Shown: positions 50,106 through 63,600, counted from the first letter of the stretch. The stretch: DNA of 64,000 bases from Anthoceros angustus (GCA_010909165.1 MU008156.1:248001-312000); one strand, 5' to 3'. Numbers and translations are program-made. Notes: generated from the letters alone by a model not told the origin.

Positions 50106-53100
50106 ATGTTTGAAGATAAACAAGCCATAGGGTTACCATGGATGAACCATCGGACAATGGGGATGACTCCTTTGAACACGATAATATTTGAAGCGGTATA
50201 CATCAAGCTAGCTTTTGACGTGAATATACGCGAATGGGGTTTTGATGGGCATTGAAATGCCATATTTGAGCATACCGCAAAAGAAGGCACACAATTAGGG
50301 TGTCGAGAGGTTTATATCTTTTAGTTTGCAGTAGAGCGAAGGGTTCATACTATAGGATGACCATTATTTTCGATGGAAATGATGCCCATGTTGTTAGTGC
50401 ATGCGATCTGTTAAACAGCGAAATGAACATGACGACCATCTGCAAAGATCCGGAATGCATGCTAATTCTATATTAGTGCTATACATCCAATCCGCATACG
50501 GTTGGCGTCATTGTACTGCGAGGGTATGAAGATGTGGCGCGACTTTCTTGACACGCCATGGCGCCGACAATCCGTGTCGTTGTAGGAAGGAGTTCGTTCC
50601 CAAGGGAATAGCGGACTCGCTTGCGGCGTTCGATTTTTACTTCGTCCGCTCGCCCCAACGCACACACCTTAGTTCACGTCTAGCTACTCGCGACAAACAC
50701 CGCAGGCCGGTATGGCCAAACGCGTTTAGACCGTTAGCGTTCAGATCCGCTCGCCTCACACCTCTCGTCCACCTCTCTCACACTACACTTATCGGTCTTA
50801 AGGGAAGAGCGTGGGTTACATGCCCCGGACCTCCTCCGTGCGTTCCACCGGGCCTCTCCGCCCGCAGACGCCTCCCGTCCCTCCGGCCACACGCCCGGGT
50901 CCGTGTGACTCGGGTCGCGGCTCGGATGAGCATGGTCCCCGGGCCACCACTGCACACACCACAACACGTTAGGTCCGTCACGGGACCACGATCGATTCCT
51001 CCGGTGTCAGCGTGCTGCCGTGACTCGGGACTCACGTTATCGGAAGACATGGTGGTCTCGCAAGAACGCAGCATCAACACCAAGGAAAGATGATTTATTG
51101 TGGGCCTGTGGAGTGTGGATTCGTGTCGAGGACACCGTGAGGTCCACATTCTCAATGTCGCTTGTAGGCTTAGGATTCGCCTCCCAAGGGAATGGTTTGT
51201 GCCAAGAGACGCCTAACTTATCGCCATCGACCTTCACCTAAGTCAAGACTTACTTGCTATTACTCCTCTTACCCATATCTACTCAACCACTACTACTCCC
51301 GACTTGTCTACCACGCCTTATTCCACGATCAAGAAATCTCATTCCACGATCACTGGCTCTCACCGGTAGTTGCTTCTCGACCACCGAGGTGGGTCCCACA
51401 CCCAAACCCTAGCGACTTATTTCCCAAGACGCTGGATCTCGCCGGCCCATCACTGCACGGATCCGCTTTATTCTCGACTCCACACTTCATGCACACACAC
51501 ACACGATTCCTAGGGACCTAAATTCCACAAATCCCTCACCGCCCACACACACACACAAAGGGCGCCACACTCACACTTTACAAGGGAACGCCCCCTTGAC
51601 GCTTCCACCAGTGACCGGTTTGGTTTCTTTTGGATTCACACAAATCTCCACCGCTAGCCTCTCAATTAGTTCCCTTCTCAACCCCTCACACCTCGCATCG
51701 CATGCTGTTTAGTCACTCCTTCACCCAATCTTCTCCCTCTCTCTCTCTCTCCTCAACTCGCCGGCTTCCAACCATCCACTCAACACTTCTCTAATTGAAC
51801 ACAACTAGTGGGGACAAGTGTGAAGGAAAGAAGAACCCCAAGGCCAAAGGCGAGCAAGCTCCAGACCCCGCGCCAATCCCTTGGTTTCCTCCTCCTTGTC
51901 GCCAAAGATTGCTTTATCACCCCTCCTCCCCAGGAGCAAGCTCTCGACCACCCCTAGGAGCGCCTCGCGCACACTCTAATCGGACGTCTCCAACCACCCA
52001 CAGCAGCGTGGGGATCTCAACCGGAATTATCTCGACGTGAGGGACCTACTCGCCTCTTATACATCGGTGGGGCACCGCCCGGATTTTTAGGTCCTAAGAT
52101 GGCTATCGCGAAGGGACGCCCCACACCGGAGCGATCCTAGGTCCAGCAAGATCCTAACCAAATTATCTTTAGGTTGCTACCACCTCGCCTCACGCTATCT
52201 CGCGCCCTACCTCGACTTGGCCGTCGCCCTCACGTCCTCCATTGCCGCCACGAGCTCTCCCGCCACGCTGGTCGGACGGTTCTCCCACACTACTTCCACC
52301 TCACCGCCACAGCGTGATATGTATTTGGGGGCATATCAAAATGCGAAGGCAATAAGCGGAATGGCGCGGATGAATGGGGACATAACGGAAATCCGGAAGG
52401 GATGTTTACGGCGTGCGTGCACTACAGACACGCGCGAAGCCATTCGGATTGGGAGGTCATTGACGTGACTAGATGCACCACGACCTCACTTTCTTATCCA
52501 CTTTGGTATCGGACGAGCACGGATGCGTCACGAAGGGAGATATGTGTGAATACATAGTCAGTCAGTGCCAACCCATCGGTTTGATGCGAGAAAAAGAATA
52601 AGGTCCATTACCCAAAAACATTGGGAGGTGTTTGTAGATGAAACAATCATCCATTATGGGTTTGTGTTGAGCGCTCGGAAACATTTGTATGCGGTGGACA
52701 AAAAAGCGATAAGGGATAAGCTCTGCGAGTTGCGCGGCTTCATACAGCCTGCGAGTCAAAGTGCCGCTGAAGATAGTGATGACAATGCTGGAGAAGTTGG
52801 ACCAAGTGATGACGAAGGATTGAACTCTGGGGATGAGTGAAACTCAAATCACGGTTTGTCCCGGGGTCCCAGTGAATGTTATGCGTTTGGTTCAGGATGT
52901 TATCGTGTTTTGGAAATACCATCAAGTGGCTTTTTGTTGTGTCCTTACTAAATCACATTTTCCTTCCAAAACTGAATTTACAGCTGTCCCTTCCCGATAG
53001 AAGCGGCCTTCCTTACAGGTCCCAGTTTGCATTAATCCCATAGGTTCGAGTTTGCATTAATCCCATAGGTTCGAGTTTGCATTAATCCCACCATGTTTGA

Positions 53101-53551
53101 AGATAAACAAGCCATAGGGTTACCCATGGATGAACCACTGGACAATGGGGATGACTCCTTTGAACACGATAATATTTGAAGCGGCTGAATATACATCAAG
53201 CGGCTTTTGGCGTGAATATCACAGCGGAATGGGGTTTTTGATGGGCATTGAAATGCCATATTTGAGCATACCACCGCAAAGAGGCACACAATTAGGGTGT
53301 CGTAGAGGTTTATATCTTTTAGCAGACCTGGTGAGCGAAGGGTTCATACTATAGGATGACCATTATTTTTCGATGGAAATGATGCCCATGTTGTTAGTGC
53401 ATGCGATTCGTTAAACAACAGTAAATGAACATGGACGACCATCTCTGCAACAGCATCGAAGGGAATGCATGCGGCTAATTCTATATTCGTGCTATACATC
53501 CAATCCAGACACGGTTGACGTCATTGTGCACAACAGCCGAGGGTATGAAGA

Positions 53552-54130
53552 TGTGGCGCGACTTTTGCTGACGGCCAGCCGGGCGCGCACAATCCCGTGT
53601 CGTTGTAGGAAGGAGTTCGTTCCCAAGGGAATGACTCCGTTGCGCCGTTCGAGGCGATTTCGTCTTACTTCGTCCGCTCGGTCCTACGCACACCCTTAGT
53701 TCACGTCTAGCTACTCGCGACAAACACCTAGCGGTATGGCCAAGCGTTTGAGACCCGTTCGCGTCCAGATTCCGTTCCGTTAAATCTCTCACCTCGTCCA
53801 TCCTCTCTCACACTACACTTATGGTCTTAAGGGAAGCGGCGCGTGGGTTACAGTCCGGACCTCCTCTGGATTCCACGGCCCTCTCCGTCCAGGCGCCTTG
53901 CCGCCCTCAAAGTCCCTCCGCTCACCGTTCGGTCAGGTTCGGTGGTCGCCTGGATGAGCACGGGTCCCAGTCACCACTCCACACACCACAACCACGTTAG
54001 GTCCGTCACCGGGACCTGGTCGATTCCTCCGGTCTGTCATTGCGCTCGGTGACTCGGGACTCACGTTGCTCAGAAGACACACGAGTGCAAACAGCATCAA
54101 CACCAAGGAAAGATGATTTATTCGAGGCAC
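53552..54130 (-). mobile_element. Older, diverged LTR of the same gypsy lineage, cut by the main element (duplicate at about 50533-51106)
   Basis: Starts TGTGG on the plus strand and carries TGTCGTTGTAGG..TTCG.TCCCAAGGGAAT at a similar offset to the main LTR. Confidence 0.55.
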
Positions 54131-54849
54131 TGTGGAGTGTGGATTCGTGTCCGAGGGGACAGTGAGGTCCACATTCACCCTCAATGTCGTTGTAGGCTTA
54201 GGATTCGCTCCCAAGGGAATGGTTTGTGCCAAGAGGCGCTAACTTCTATCGCTCTTGACCTTCACCTAAGTCAAGACTTGCTGTACTCCTCTTACCTATC
54301 TACTCAACCACTACTACCCCAGGCTTGTCCACTGACTCTTATTCCACATTAAATCTCATTCCACGGCCAAGTGGTTGCTTGACCACGGTGGGTCCCACAC
54401 CCAAACCCTAGCGACTTATTTCCGGCGCCGCGGCGCGGATCCCACGGGCGTCCGCGTACGGATCCGGCTCGCACTCCACACTTCATGCACACACACACAG
54501 ATTCCTAGGGACCTAAATTCCACAAATCCCTCACCGCTCCACACACACACACAAGGCGCCACACTCACACAATTTTACAAGGAGCTTCCCCTTGCATGCC
54601 TTCCACCAGCGATTTGGTTTCTTTTGGATTCACACAAATCTCCTTTTCTCAATTAGTTCCCTTCTCAACCCTCTCACACCTCGCGCCAGCATCTGGGTGT
54701 TTAGTCACTCCTTCACCCAATCTTCTCTCTCTCTCTCTCCCTCAACTCGCTTCCAACCATCCACTCAACACTTCTTGCAATTGAACACAACTAGCGGGAC
54801 AAGTGTGAAGGAAAGAAGAACCCCGGGCGTCACGGCGGGCGTTACGAGC

Positions 54850-57600
54850 AAGCTCCGGACCGCCCGCCAATCCCTTGGTTTCCTCCTCCTTCGGTAAGAT
54901 TGCTTTCACCCCTCCTCCCAGTGCGGAGCAAGCTCTCGACCACCCCTAGGGCGTCTCGCACCACCGCCTCTGTCAATCGGACGTCTCCAACCAGCCACGC
55001 GGCGTGGGGATCTCAACCAGGGGTGCTCGGCGTGAGGGACCTAATTGCCCCTCTTATACATCGGTGGGGCACCAGATTTTAGGTCCTAAGATGGCTATCG
55101 AAGGGCGCCCACAATTGGCGATCCTAGGTCGATCGCATCCTAACCAAATTATCTTTAGGTTGCTACCACCTCGACCCTCGCTATCTGCGCCCTACCTCGA
55201 CTTGGCTGCAGCCCCTCGTCCTCCATTCTGCCGCCACGAGCTCTCACCCGCCCGCCCGGTGGACGGGTTCTCCACTACTTCCACCTCTCACATCCTGGCG
55301 TCGAATTTGAGGTGTACCACCTGAGGCTTCCGCATCTTCCTGGCCGCCTATTGAGGATTATTCGGCTCCTCGTCCACCCAAGCTGGACCTCCTCCTCGCT
55401 CAACTCCTCCAAAGTCGCCTCCATAATAGCCAACCCCACACCCGGGTGGTAGAAGTATGGCCGGGTCCTCACTTGCAGTAGGCCACAGTCCCTCCTATTT
55501 CCACACGCACATGGGCGGTGAGGTTAAGCACGCGTTCTCCATTCACATATAGACCGAGCATAAGTTTCCTCATCCATGTGCCGTAATATAATAGGACCCC
55601 TGCTGCGGTGTGCTTACCCCCTCCTCCGTAGGCTACACAGTTGCTGGCCTATGTCCTCGCGCGCCCGTCGCATCACCTGTCGCCCGCCACCGCACCTTCC
55701 GGGTTGGTTGCGCCAATGTCGGTGGCGGTTTCGACTACCGCGGTAGTGGACTCCACGGCTCGTTCGTTCAACAACGCGGTAGGTGAGGCTACCTCGGTTC
55801 TTTGCTTCCTTTCGGTAGGCCCTTCCGCTACTCGATCGTGGTCACCTACCCGCTTCCCTTCCCTTTGTCTTTTACGGCGGCCACGTGCCTCATCCGCTCC
55901 GCTTATATCGCTCCGCTTATGGGCCTTTTCCACGAGGCCGCTTCACCTCTGGGCTCGCAACAACTCCCCACCATCTCTGGTTCGTCCTGGGCATCCTTAA
56001 TTTGAGCCATGAGTGCTTCCTGCTGGCTCGTCATGGCTTGCAACTTCTCACAGGCCTGCACAAATCTTCTTGAATCTTGGCCCTTATTTCCTCTAGGTTC
56101 CGCTTGTCTTCCTCCGATTGCTTGCGCTTGGCCTCCTCTTCGTCAAACGCCTTCACCACTTCCTCCGTCGCCTGCCCAGGCGGTGAGAGGCTAAAGCAGT
56201 CCAACAAATGCTTGGGCGGATCGCCGTGGTCGGCTCACCAGTCCACTTGTTGTGGCGGGCCGCCATCCCTCAGAACTTTCCTCCCCGGTGCGCACCCTCA
56301 CCAATTCGGTTGCATCCACCTCTTTGCGGTGGAGTCCCCTTGAAAATCTCTTCCCATCTTTGAGGAGGGTCCGCCTCGAGGTCGCCTAAACCCTCAGTTG
56401 ATTCATCATCGCATCCGGTCGACAAAATTGTCCTCGGATCGCGCCTCCTCTTGCCACCTCAAGCCGTTTGGCTTTCATTTTCATGTGGCGCCGTTTTCGA
56501 CACAGTGGCGCATCCGCCTTCCCCGATGCCTTCACCCCGGTCTTCCTCCTTTTCTTTGGTGAATTTCCTTCTCCTCCTCCGAGGCATGTCGCCACCGACT
56601 CAGCTATCATTTTTCCTCCTTGGGCTCCTCCCTTCCATTTCACCTCCCTAAGGCTTCCACATGTGGAGGAGGCTACAATCTCCACCTCTGGCGGGCAGTT
56701 AGCGTAAACATAAAGATGGACGAAATGGTGAGATTAGAGAGGGGCGGAGGAAATCAAGTTCAACCTCTCTTCACACAACTTGTGAAGAGGTCGCTCGATC
56801 TTCGCCCCTTGACCACTTCATGAAGGAGCGGCAAGTGGTCGGACAAATAATCGCTTCTTGTCTTTGCGAAACATAGCCACGGCGGACCCATCAAGCTGTT
56901 GTTGCCAAATCCCTCGTCAACCAACCCGTTGGGTTCATTCGCCCGCTTTAACGGGCGGTGCTGCTTCTGCTGCCGTGCTTCTTTTCTGGGCGGCTCCATC
57001 ACCAACCGCCTCCTCCTTGCCCCGCCCCGCCACCCTCTAACCACTCCGGTCCCAATCCTGCCGCTCTAAATCCCCTTTGGTATGTCCCGGTGGCGCACAC
57101 TCCACCAGTCCAGTTCATGTAATTCCACGCTCTTCCATGAAACCCGGCTTGACTCCTTCACGGCTCCTCGAACTTTCCAATGATCCATGTTGGCCATTGG
57201 GCAAGCACAATTTCGGTGGTGACCTTGCCATCCCTCTCACGGTCTTCACGGTCTCGCGCCACAAACCGCGCCACCTGCTGCGAATTTCACGGAGGTCGGT
57301 CTCGAGTTCCTACCTCCTCGGCAAGGGCGCGGCTGCATCGCGCCTTCCTCCTCTGCGTCGCGCCTCGCGATATCGGCCGGGGTTGAGCTCCTTCCCGTCG
57401 TTGCGCCTCGCGCCCTCCTGCGATCACGGTGCCCCGGACCACGGCTCCTCGACTTCGTCGCGCTCCGGCCGTCGTCGCGCTCCCGCTCGCTCCCGTCCGG
57501 CCGCCGTTGCGCTCCGTTGTTTGAGCGGGATTACATCATTCCTAGGGTTAAGTTTCCCGGTTCCCCTACTCTTTTTCTCGATGCACATCCCAATCCACAA
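54850..57600 (-). pseudogene. Long sense-strand accessory ORF downstream of integrase (about 900 codons, frameshifted): conserved domain, basic/acidic linker, coiled coil, beta-rich C-terminal region
   Basis: ORF pieces 57424-57615, 56760-57044, 56386-56685, 55673-55933 and 55275-55472, and matching peptides in the relatives at 33-35 kb and 41-42 kb. Confidence 0.65.
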
Positions 57601-60600
57601 CCCACACTCATTCACTACCTGGCGTGATCGACCCCAACTTATAGACTCATTAATTCCAAACCCCCTATCTCACATATATAGACTTTTTAGGGAACATTGA
57701 GTCCATGGGCCAAGGAACACCAAATTCCGGACCATTTATTTTCTAACCTAGGCAATAAAACAAAAGAACTCCATAGGCCAAGGACATTTTTACTATGAAT
57801 ATCCCCAACTACCAATCGACTTATTTTCACTCTCGAAAAAACAAAAAATTCACTTGAGGCACATTTTAAGGTTTCAGACTAGATCGTTTACATACTCCCT
57901 TCTCATTTGTTGGCGTCGCCAACTTATATATAATACTTCTTGACCCTCCACCCATTGACTCGGGTGGTAGTGGAGTCACCTAACTCTTCTTTTGTCTTGA
58001 GCCATTCTTTGAAGACTTGAGAACTTTGTATGGCCCCATCCATCGAAGGTGGAGCTTGCGGAAAGTGCATGTACCTATTGTAAATGCAATGAGGCCAAGT
58101 CACAGGACTACCCACTCTTGCTTCCAACCGATTGTCATGCCATATTTTCCGTTTGAATATCACGCATGACGCTCAGCGCCCGTTCCCCTATCCTCTGTAT
58201 GTTTAGCGACGAGGCGTTCGGTGACTTTCCTCGCCATGCGGTTAGTTTCTGGATCGCGGTGGGAATTTCAAACTCAATAGGCATTCTGGGAGAATGGCCG
58301 TAGGTGAGGTAATCGGTGTTTGTTGCGTTGTTATTTTCTGCGATCCTGTATGCCCAGGCGGAGTGAAGCTTAAGATCCCATCGTCGCGTATTCCACCGTT
58401 AGCTTGTTGAGGATCTGCACAAGAGCCCATTCGCCTTTTCGTTAAGCCATTTGCCTTGGGATTATAAAGTCGTTTTCTGTGGCGACGTTGAAGTAGATCG
58501 TCATATGAGATATAACCGTTGTGAAATGTGACCCTCACATTGACAAGCTCAAGGGACCATATCAGTGATAATCATTCATAGAGGAACTGGCCACTACATG
58601 GTGTCTACAGTGCTTGGGCTTCCACCATCAGCGTGCAATAGTCGTGGCGAGGATGTATTGGTTTTGTCGTCCTCGTTTTTGGCTATGGGACCAACAAAGT
58701 CTATTCCCCATTTCTCGAATGGCGCCGGCCAATATCGGAACCATTGGCCATTGAGTGGTTGCGACGGTTTCCCAACCCTCGGCAGGCATCGCGCGTTTAA
58801 CAAACTCCTAGCATCACGATGCATGGTTTGCCACCGATTACCCGTTTCAAGCACCTTCTTGCGTGATATGTGCGGCAAAATGTCCTCCGCTTCCCCTCGT
58901 GCATCTCGTACTTTCGGATAACTGCTCCTTGTTACCCATAACTTTGTCCGCCCATCCGGTCCCGATCATGCAGTTGTCTTTGCGTCGTACAAGCGGACGC
59001 GAATAGTGCCTAGCCTTTGCCCGGGGTTTGAAAGATCCGATGGTATTTTCCCGTTCCGAATTCCATCATCTCCTCGAGTGGGCCTTGTGTATCCGTTCTC
59101 CCTTCTCATTTCTGCCGAGCCACCATTTACCCTCGCCTTATGGTTGGCCGTGCCCTTCCCCTCTAACTTTCTGACAGAGCTTCGCCGGAAAATCGTCGTT
59201 TTGGTCTGTGTAACCTCCTCTGTTTCGCCTCGAAATGTAATCTGCATTCACATGTTTACTCCCTCCTCTGGTCTCCACCGTGAGCGTGAATTCTTGCGGA
59301 GTAGGATCCATCTTGCTATGCGTCCGGACAAGTCGGTTTGTTTACCGGTGTTTGAGGCGAAGTGGTCCACATGGAAGGCGAACTCGTGGGATAGCAAATA
59401 GTGGAAACTTGCGAACCGAGTACACCATCCCTAGCGCCTCCCTCTCGGTGGTGGTATACTTCTTCTGCGTCGGTGGTGCCTCCTGCATAATAGATTGGAT
59501 AATCGTGCTTCTTGTCATCCCTTTGGCTTAGAATGGTACCGATTGCATAGGCGAAGCGTCTACAAACACGTGGAACTTCTTGCTTCGATCGGCCCCAGCG
59601 TGGGTCTTGTGATCGGTGGTGCGAAGATCATTGAAGGCCTCCTCGTTTTCGTCCATTCCACTCCTGGTCCTTGCGAAGCAATTACGTAGCCGCCCTTACG
59701 GAGAAATTCTTCACAAACCTTGATAATAGCCTACCATTCGAGGAATCCCTAAGCTCCTTGATGTGGTAGGTGGCTTGAGGCGGTAATGATTTTGACCTTA
59801 TCGGGTCGACCTCTATCCCAGCAATCACGGTGCCCCAACAAAATACCCTCGGCATGCGAAATAACATTTCTCGGGATGTAGACACAATTGTCATTGACAC
59901 CGTTCGGACATTTGCGAAGGTGGTTGAGGTGATCTTTATTTGCTCCAAACAGAAGTCATCCGGAAGACCTCCATGAAGTCCCTAAGGTATTCCTTGAAAA
60001 TCTTGACAATCATGAAGGATCCACGGTGCCCTGTTAATCCGAGCGCTCCGTTTGTAGGCATAGGTTCCCGATCATAGTGAAGGGCATTGGGCCAATCACT
60101 CTCCACGAGATGTGGTGGTTATACCGAATACCCATCCGAGCAGTAGACCATTCTCCACTGCAACTAAGTCCGATTATGTTGTCTATGAATGGAAGCGGGT
60201 AATGGTCTTTTTGGTCACCTTGTTTAACTTCCTCCAATCACAGCGGACCGTATCTTCCCTTACGCTTTTGGGAACCACCACAATTGGGGCTACCCACTCC
60301 GATGTCACAATAGGATATATGGCGTCCGCATAAGTAGAGCTCAATTGTTCCTTTACCTTCAGAATACTTTGGATTTAGCTTGTATTGCGGTGTCCGGTGC
60401 ACGGCACCGGAGATCAATCTTGTGCTCCCCACTCCTCGGTATACCCTTCATATGTAACGTCAAAAGCAAAAACGTGGATAAATTCCGCAATTTGTTTCAT
60501 ACCCCTTTCCAAGTCGCATTCATCCTGTTCGAAAACTTAAGGACCTTGCCGGGCAACACTTCCCCATCCTTGACCTCATCCGTCCACTCTCTCTCCACCG

Positions 60601-63600
60601 GCGCGGATGTGATGCGAACCCTTCCTCCGGGTCTTGGTTCTCCTTGGCGCATTCCCCATTCCGGAATAGGTCGTCGAGGTAAAGCGTGAGACACCCTCCT
60701 CGCACCCTCAGTTTGTCCGGATCGTCGGCTCACCACCTCTACTTCTGTTCCTCGACCTCGTCTGGTCTCCTCGTCCGACCACGGGTTGTCAATTGTGACT
60801 CCATAGCACCCTAATAGGTTGATGGAATGGGGAATATCTCTCCGTGTCGTCCTCTTCATCGACCACGAAATATGCGAATGGGAATTTCTCCTTCTCATCC
60901 TCCCCAGGTATCTTGAGGTGTATCCCTCCGTTTGTGGGTGTCTCCCTGCGTCGTATCTCTGCTCCAAGTCAAACATATCCTTCCTCCTTAATTTTGGGGT
61001 CCCGTCCAGGTTTGAATCCACTTCCTTTCTTCCCATTTGAAGGTGCGTGCCCCATACATCCATGTTCGTCAATGAGAACCTCATACCACTGGCGCTTTTG
61101 TTTAATGACCACGTAGTCCATGAGTGCGGAATGGTACCAATATGGGTTAGGACTCCGTCGGCTCCCCTCGGCGCCATTTTGGACATGTCCGACAACACCT
61201 TTGATGTATGTTCTATACCCAACCCAAGCTTAGGCGGTCTCCTCTGTCATGATGTTGACTCGACCGGAATCTAGCGGCACCTTCTTGATTACACATCCGC
61301 AATTTCTATCAGCAGCTCAGACTCAGTCCATCATGGCCACCATATTCACGAGGGTTTTCGGCCTTGGGGTGGAAAGGTTCGTCTCTTCTTGGGTTGTGCC
61401 GCCTTCAATGCCCCCAGTTCTTTGGCGGTCTGCGGATTGTCCACGAGAAGGCTGTCGAGCGTTATCATGAACTTTTGGTCCATGATAGCGTCCAAATTGA
61501 AAGGAACACTGGTGCTGTTTCTCCTTGCCCCCCCGTCATTTTCAACAGCGGTAGTTGTTTGATGTTGCGGTCGTTGAAGCAGGCGTGGGGTGGTGGTGGT
61601 CGATGGCCAAAATACGGCCGGGTTCCATTCTTGTCGGATCATATCCATAACCTTCCCACGCCGGACGCCGACTCATCCTTTTTCCTCTTGCGGGTTTTCG
61701 CCCCATGTGTCGACTCGAGTCCCCTGCCGTCCATTGTCCTCGTTTTGCACTTCACCCTCGAATCCAGCGGTCTCGCTAAGGGAGTTACAGATGCCATCCG
61801 AAATCGCAACCCTCGCGTTAAGTGTGGCGTTCGTGCCTTGCTCCCGTCCTGGATTCATGCCCTTTTTTTGACTCCCATCGAGTCCCTCGTCCCGTGGTTG
61901 GACTTCTCTTCCTTCCCTTTGATGAAGCGCCTCTTCCTCCTCACTTGCGGACGTTATGGGGCTCCCACTCCGTTCTTCTTCCTTTTTCCTCCCCCTTCTT
62001 AGGGTGTCGCCTTCCTCTCGCCGCTCCGTCCGAGCGACCATCGCGAGTTCCGTAATACCACTATCCACATCCCCAACCCTTCCGGGCTCCTCCTCGCCTC
62101 GGAATCCTCCCATATCTGACCATGGCGCATCTTGACTTGCATTCGGCAGGCTTTCTGTCATGCGGGGGTGGGTCGCCGTAAGGTTGAGCGATCCTCACAT
62201 TTTCGGTGTCAGGCGGAGGCTGCCACTCGTGACTGATTGCTTGCGGTCACACGTCTTTCAAAATCACCATTCCAGCGAGATGCGGAGGGGCATCCAGCAA
62301 GATGCGAACCCTCGGCAATTGTAACCGGCACTCATTTGCGGGGTTCCTTGCCATCGATTGCGAATGCCCATGCACATGGGGTTTTCGCAAACTCGAGGTA
62401 CAAAGTTTTGGTACCAGATCGGTGTTGCCTCTTGAATTTGGTATGTATCTTCCAAGCATCTCCTCATCCTCTCCTCCTCGTAGATGGTTGCACTTTTGTT
62501 TGTGGGCAGATTCGACCTCGAGTGCCCTGTCCACAAGTTGAGCGAGAAGATTCGCGCGCTCCGGTAGCAACCCTTCTTCTATCATGGTCCTTGATGGCAT
62601 TAAGATGGAGTTTCTCGGTTTGACCATCATTTCCTCCATCTTGTTCCCTTGTTGCTCCACTTTTTGGCTTGTTTCCACCTCTCTTCTCACACTGCTCGCG
62701 TCCTTTCGTGCAGCTCCTTCCCTTTGCACGTCGTCTTGTTTCCCAGTCATTTTTCCCTTCTTCCTTCTATCCCTTGATTGCGCTCACCTTCGTGAATTCT
62801 CCTCCGAATCCTCTGGTCTCCTCTTGTGGAGCTACCCGAGTCGGTTGAAAACTATCCTCCTCCAGGGCTGTCGGAGGCGAATAGTACTTCTTCTTCTTTT
62901 TGTATTTCTTTTTGTCCTTATGCGCCCTTGTTGAGTTCTTCTTCTCTTCCGCGTTGGACTCCTCATAGTTCGAGCGGCTTTAATCGCCGATCCAAATCTT
63001 TCTCGGCACAGAGCCGTGCCTTCCCATTCTCCGCGCCCAATCCTCTTGCAAACCCGAATGGCCATTAGCTGCGGACCGGCCCGATCCGTAGGTGTGGAAC
63101 CTTTCCACATAAGCTGCGTGTCTCCTTCTTCCCTCTCCTCCCTCGAGTTTGGACAAGACATATCCTTCCACATCGACCCCTCTGAATCTTTCACAAAAGC
63201 TCTCTTCAAGGCCCCAAAAGGCGGGGTGTGGCGGAAGCTATGTACTCCGCTTGTACCACTTGGCCGCTCGCGTAAGACTCCATAAAATGGGCACGATCGC
63301 ATCCTCCACGGTTGTGGCGTCTCAAAAGCAGCTCGACAAACTCGTCGGGATCCTCATGGCCCTTCTTTTCTCCGTCAGTAAGATTGTAGTAATGTGAGCA
63401 GATCAGCCATAACTTCTAGTACTTTCAGCAGCTGCGGTAGTTGGCGGCCACTAAATGCGGGACCTCTACATTCACAGTTATTTGGACTGCGGTCTAGGCA
63501 ATGGGCGAGATCAAAAGACAAGGTGGGATCGGTACGGCCCCTTGTACCGCTAGTCGAGAGTTGGGAATCCGATAAGATCCGATCCCAACTAGTTCGACTC

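Larger units (their letters stand above)
49335..55290. repeat. Head-to-tail duplication, unit about 2.97 kb (49335-52305 / 52310-55290)
   Basis: Both copies begin GTGATATGTATTTGGGG and include the 25-bp repeat, the older LTR and the main LTR end. Confidence 0.9.

Noticed and set aside
55287-55292. Alternative 3' LTR start at TGTGAG (coinciding with the duplication junction)
   Set aside because: No purine tract precedes it on the element strand.
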